DNA of 64,000 bases from Octopus vulgaris (Eukaryota): the NCBI GenBank assembly GCA_951406725.2, contig OX597814.1:113894001-113958000 (forward strand). Direction: 5' to 3'. The translations under genes and the position numbers were made by a program. The stretch's first letter is position 1. The number at the start of each line of letters is the position of its first letter. Below are positions 59,665 to 64,000 of this stretch, in pieces. A model generated the notes under the pieces. That model saw only the letters and a list, made by a program, of their open reading frames with translations, had not been told where the DNA came from and searched no databases.

Positions 59665-59924
59665 CAGTTCTATATTTAAGAGAAGAGGAATTATGTATAT
59701 TATTTACATTATTTACATTTGACGGATATTTGTCCTCATCTTGTTTGATGTTAACACAACGTTTTGGCTGATATACCCTCCAGCCTTCTTCAGGTGTCTT
59801 GGGGGAAATTTCGAACCTGGGTTCTCATTCCTAAGGTGGTTTACGATGTTATTATTATTGTTGCAGTGGTTAAGAGCGCGAGCTACTAACCCCCAAGATT
59901 CCGAGTTCGATTCCAGGCAGTAAG

Positions 59925-59978
<54 letters not shown>

Positions 59979-60136
59979 CATCGAAAAATACCTTAGGAAC
60001 GAGAACCCAGGTTCGAAATTTCCCCAAGACACCCGATGAAGGCTGGAGGGTATATCGGCCGAAACGTTGTGTTAATAACAAACAAGATGAGGACAAATAT
60101 CCATCAAATGTAAATACTGTAGATAATGTAAATAAT
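59665..60136 (+). mobile_element. Composite palindromic HHR/tRNA-like element (copy 2, opposite orientation to copy 1)
   Basis: Arms 59665-59850 and 59977-60136 are inverted; tRNA-like cagtggttaagagcgcg...gagttcgattcc at 59863-59930 followed by (AAT)n; HHRs at 59753-59798(-) and 60028-60073(+). Confidence 0.85.
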
Positions 60137-60244
60137 ACTCTTTTACTTGTTTCCGCCATTTTGACTGCGGCCATGCTGGAGCACCGCCTTTAGTCGAGCA
60201 AATCGACCCCAGGACTTATTCTTTGTAATGTAAATAGTATATTA

Positions 60245-61538
60245 TTGAAACTAATACTTGGATCGTGAGACAATGGCGTGTAATGCAGTAGATGTAATTA
60301 TTTATAAATAACCGTGATTGCATAACGATTCATGCATTGTTCTGAATACTTATGACTCTGACGATCGATTATCTGAAACACCAAGTAAGTTTATGATTTC
60401 TTTTCAGCGTCAGTAAACACGATTTTGCTCTTACATTTGTTATTCAAGTTCTACTTCGTCCACCTTGTTTTGCACCTATGTTCTCACATGTATGCATATG
60501 CATATATATGCATGTATGGTTCATACTTTCATCGAGGAAGCAGCTGATTTCTTACAAAAAGTACAAAGATCCATTGCCGGAATGCAGATAACAAAAACAA
60601 TGTCACGTTTTAAACTTGAGAAAAGTCTTGCATAGTTTTACAAGGCCAAAATTGTTTTTTAGTGGGAAGAGATCCAGTCGATTAGATCAACCCCAGTATA
60701 CAACTGTTACTTAATTTATCGACCCCGAAAGGATGAAAGGCAAAGTCGACCTCGGCGGAATTTGAACTCAGAACGTAACGGCAGACGAAATACCTATTTC
60801 TTTACTACCCACAAGGCGCTAAACATAGAGGGGACAAACAAGGACAGACAAACGGATTAAGTCGATTATATCGAGCCCAGTGCGTAACTGGTATTTAATT
60901 TAACGACCCCGAAAGGATGAAAGGCAAAGTCGACCTCGGCGGAATTTGAACTCACAACGTAATGGCAGCCGAAATACAGCTAAGCACTTCGCCCGGCATG
61001 TTAACGATTCTGCCAGCTCGCCGCCTTCATACTTTTTACTGTTCCGCTTAGGGATTGTATTTGTAATATGCGAGTCATTTGGTTGATTTCTTTTCCTGGA
61101 AAACCTTGCCCTATCCACATTGTCACTTAGGCATTTACTCACATAACCGAGTGCACCAATTATTATTAATAGAAATATGAATTTATAACCTGGATACAGA
61201 AGCTGGAGGTTTCAAAGCGGCTGTCCATACATATCCTCTTTCCCTTTGATTTTCAAAGAGATATTCACATCCAGAGAACAGCTGACGGTAATACTTTTTC
61301 TTGTCTGTCCCAAACAGCAATATCCGCCCTGTTATGCTTACACTTGACAGACGTTTTGAGGGGACTCTTCCCCCACAGTTTCTTATGTTGATGTTTGTGT
61401 ACATATTCAACAACAGGAGGATTCTCCATATTTATTCCAGGATAGTCTTTCTTTTCCGGCTGGCATTGTACGTTGGTTTTGCGACAACGTTGTATCGCCT
61501 AGAGTGGTAGTCTATTGATGACATCTTTGGACAGCTGC
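60245..61538 (-). mobile_element. R4/Dong-like RLE fragment interrupted by a SINE-B dimer (60642-61028)
   Basis: Minus strand: RRYNVVAK, VKCKHNRADIAVWDRQ, IIGALGYV, QIQSLSGTVK | SINE insert | VKLCKTFLKFKT*. Confidence 0.75.
60642..61028 (-). mobile_element. SINE-B dimer (full copy with Tx1-type tail plus headless copy), flanked by an imperfect TSD
   Basis: catagttttac (60631-60641) versus catactttttac (~61028-61039). Confidence 0.8.
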
Positions 61539-61654
61539 TATGTATGTATGTATGTATGTATGTATGTATGTATGTATGTATGTATGTATGTATGTATGTA
61601 TGTATGTATGTATGTATGTATGTTTGTATGTATGTATGTATGTATGTATATGAG

Positions 61655-61687
<33 letters not shown>

Positions 61688-61789
61688 AATTTAAAAAAAA
61701 ACGAGGAAAACGTGATAAGAAACAACAACAGCGCTAGGACGTGGTGCATGCAAAGTATTAGCAGACGCTCAAGGAAGGAAAGTAAAGTA

Positions 61790-61824
61790 GTTTTACGTTT
61801 CGAGCAGAGCTCTTTGTCAGAAAC
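61790..61824 (-). ncRNA. Minimal type-I hammerhead motif (G8A-mutated core) in a ~200-bp repeat (61690-61890)
   Basis: GTTT-CTGACAA-A-GAGC-tct-GCTC-GAAA-CGT-A-AAAC; (TA)n flanks. Confidence 0.65.
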
Positions 61825-61936
61825 AGGAGATGGAGGAAAGTTCAAGAGAAAAGGAAGACTGAGGAAAAAATTCGCCAACGATCCCCATTTTGAATATATA
61901 TATACACATATATATATACACACACACACACACACA

Positions 61937-61986
<50 letters not shown>

Positions 61987-62175
61987 GTATGTATACATAC
62001 ATACACTTAGATATAATAGACGTGCGTGTATGTGTGTGTATGGGAACATTATACATCAGTGAGAAAACCGAAAAGCTGGTGAGCTACGAATGAATATGTG
62101 GTCCGCATTGGGTTACAAACACTCCCTTGACACTCTCATTACTACAAATTACTACAATGAACCAGTGATTTTTTT

Positions 62176-62522
62176 CCCGAGGTCGACTTTGCCTTTCATC
62201 CTTTCGCGGTCGATTAAATAAGTACCAGTTACGCACTGGGGTCGATGTAATCGACTTAATCCTTTTGTCTGTCCTTGTTTGTCCCCTCTATGTTTAGCCC
62301 CTTGTGGGCAATAAAAAAATAAGAAACGTCAGCATGCCGAACGAAATGCTTAGCAGTATTTCGTCTGTCTTTACATTCTGAGTTCAAATTCCGCCGAGGT
62401 CGACTTTGCCTTACATCCTTTCAAGGTTATATAAATTAATTACAAGTTTCGTACTGGAGTCGATCTAATCGACTGGCCCCTTCCCCCCAAATTTCGGGCC
62501 TTATGCCTAGAGTAGAAAATAA
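62176..62522 (+). mobile_element. SINE-B dimer (5'-truncated copy with Tx1-type tail plus headless copy)
   Basis: Body, then tttgtctgtccttgtttgtcccctct tail to 62322, then gaaacgtcagcatgcc... second body. Confidence 0.8.
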
Positions 62523-62786
62523 TATATTACATTAGACCACGAATCGCTACACTAATCTTACATTCTCCCGTAATAAACAACATAACACTGCAACACGCTG
62601 CACGATAAAAGCAGTTCATTTTTGCCTTTGGTCAAATGTCTGATCTCCGAGATTAACTGTCTGATAGCACCGATTGATTGCAAACTTGTTGATTGACTTT
62701 TCTAAATATATATATGCATTAACACCCCGCCTCTCCCACCACTCTCTTTCCGTTTATCTTTCTTTTTCTTTCTTTCTCTCCTTTTT

Positions 62787-62818
<32 letters not shown>

Positions 62819-64000
62819 TGTCTTTCTTTCTCTCCTTTCTTTCTGTTTTTCTCTTTCTTTTTTATTTCTTTCTTTGTCTTTCTTTCTTTCCTTCTTTCGT
62901 TCTTTCTTTTTTTCTTTCTTTCTTTCTTTCTTTTTCTTTTCGTACCTTTCTCTATTTCGTTCTTTCTCAATTTTGCTTTCCTTCCTTCCTTCCTTCCTTC
63001 TTTCTCTTCCTCTCTCTCTCTTCCTTCCTTCCTTTCTTTTTATTTCCCCCTCACGTTGTTTCCTCCTCTCTCCCCCTCTATCTCCTCATCCACCTCTCTG
63101 TTTTTTTTCTTTCTCCTCACCTTCCATCTTTGTACGTCTCACTTTTTATTATTACCTCACTTAATCCACAGCACACTGCAATACCCTCCCTCCATGCGGC
63201 ATAGATCCCTTCCAATCGGGTACAACAAACACCCTGCTCCATATACCGCCAGGAACAACGATAAACTACCCAAAATGGAACGCAATCTGAACCTCTCTGC
63301 ATAAACAGGCATAAATATATGCTTCTCTGGAGTAGCCGGAAACAATAATAAAACAAGTTCAAATATGTTTCCATGCTTTACGTAATAAATTATATTTAGT
63401 GTGACTCAACAGAGATTTCACAAATAAATAGCAGACAGCTCGCGGTTAAAGAATAAAGAGAAATACACGAGGGGGAGAGAGAAAGTAAAAGAAGAAAGTC
63501 TAGTTGTTCTTTATTGCTATTTTTTTTTTTATCAGAAGGAAGTAAATATGTAAAAGAGAAAAGAATAAATATGAGAGAAACTAACGAAACGATGAAAGGT
63601 AATGAAACGTGATGATGTGAATGCAAGCGAAAATCTTTAAGAGAATTATAGTCGAAATTGTCCTGCGGCCGAGAAAGGAAGGATTAATGTGGGACGTTAG
63701 AGAAAATAACTGAGTGTTGCGGCCCTGCAGAACCTGGTTCAGGAACTTTCAGCTTATAGCAGTGAAGCTTGATGCTTGTAATTAGCTATTGATTTTCTTC
63801 GTTTTTTTGTTGTTGTTTTTTTTTTAGTTGATATTTAAGTGGTAGGCTAGCAAAAATGAACGACCTTAATTGATTACAGCAATCAAATTAGACGGCAAAA
63901 CAAAAGTGAAAATGAAACAACGAAAGAAAGAAAGAGAAAAAGAAGAAGGGAAAAGAAATGAAAAAACAGTAAGTTAATTCATGTTAACTAAAATTAGAAG

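Overview
Eukaryotic, repeat-saturated genomic DNA. The SINE families and extreme (TA)n/(CA)n/(TAA)n/(TATC)n microsatellite load suggest an Octopus (coleoid cephalopod) genome; this is inference from recognition, not a search. Nearly all ORFs in the track are microsatellite artefacts. Real content: a Tx1/L1-clade ORF2 (1-2693); a near-complete CR1/L2-group ORF2 (20971-23996) plus a second 3' fragment; two RTE-like 3' ends; six R4/Dong-like restriction-like-endonuclease (RLE) fragments mostly sitting in (TAA)n; a decayed DD37D (maT) Tc1/mariner with TIRs; two hAT-type MITEs; many copies of three tRNA-derived SINE families; and a probable first coding exon of a host gene (Asn-rich, 31111-31837, strong donor). 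The most notable signal is non-coding: type-I hammerhead ribozyme (HHR) motifs occur in about five unrelated non-coding repeat families with Penelope-like tandem or inverted architecture. One is a composite, present twice, in which a tRNA-like Pol III head and (AAT)n sit between two inverted HHR-bearing arms. Each of the three SINE families also shares a 3' tail with a different LINE clade present in the same window.
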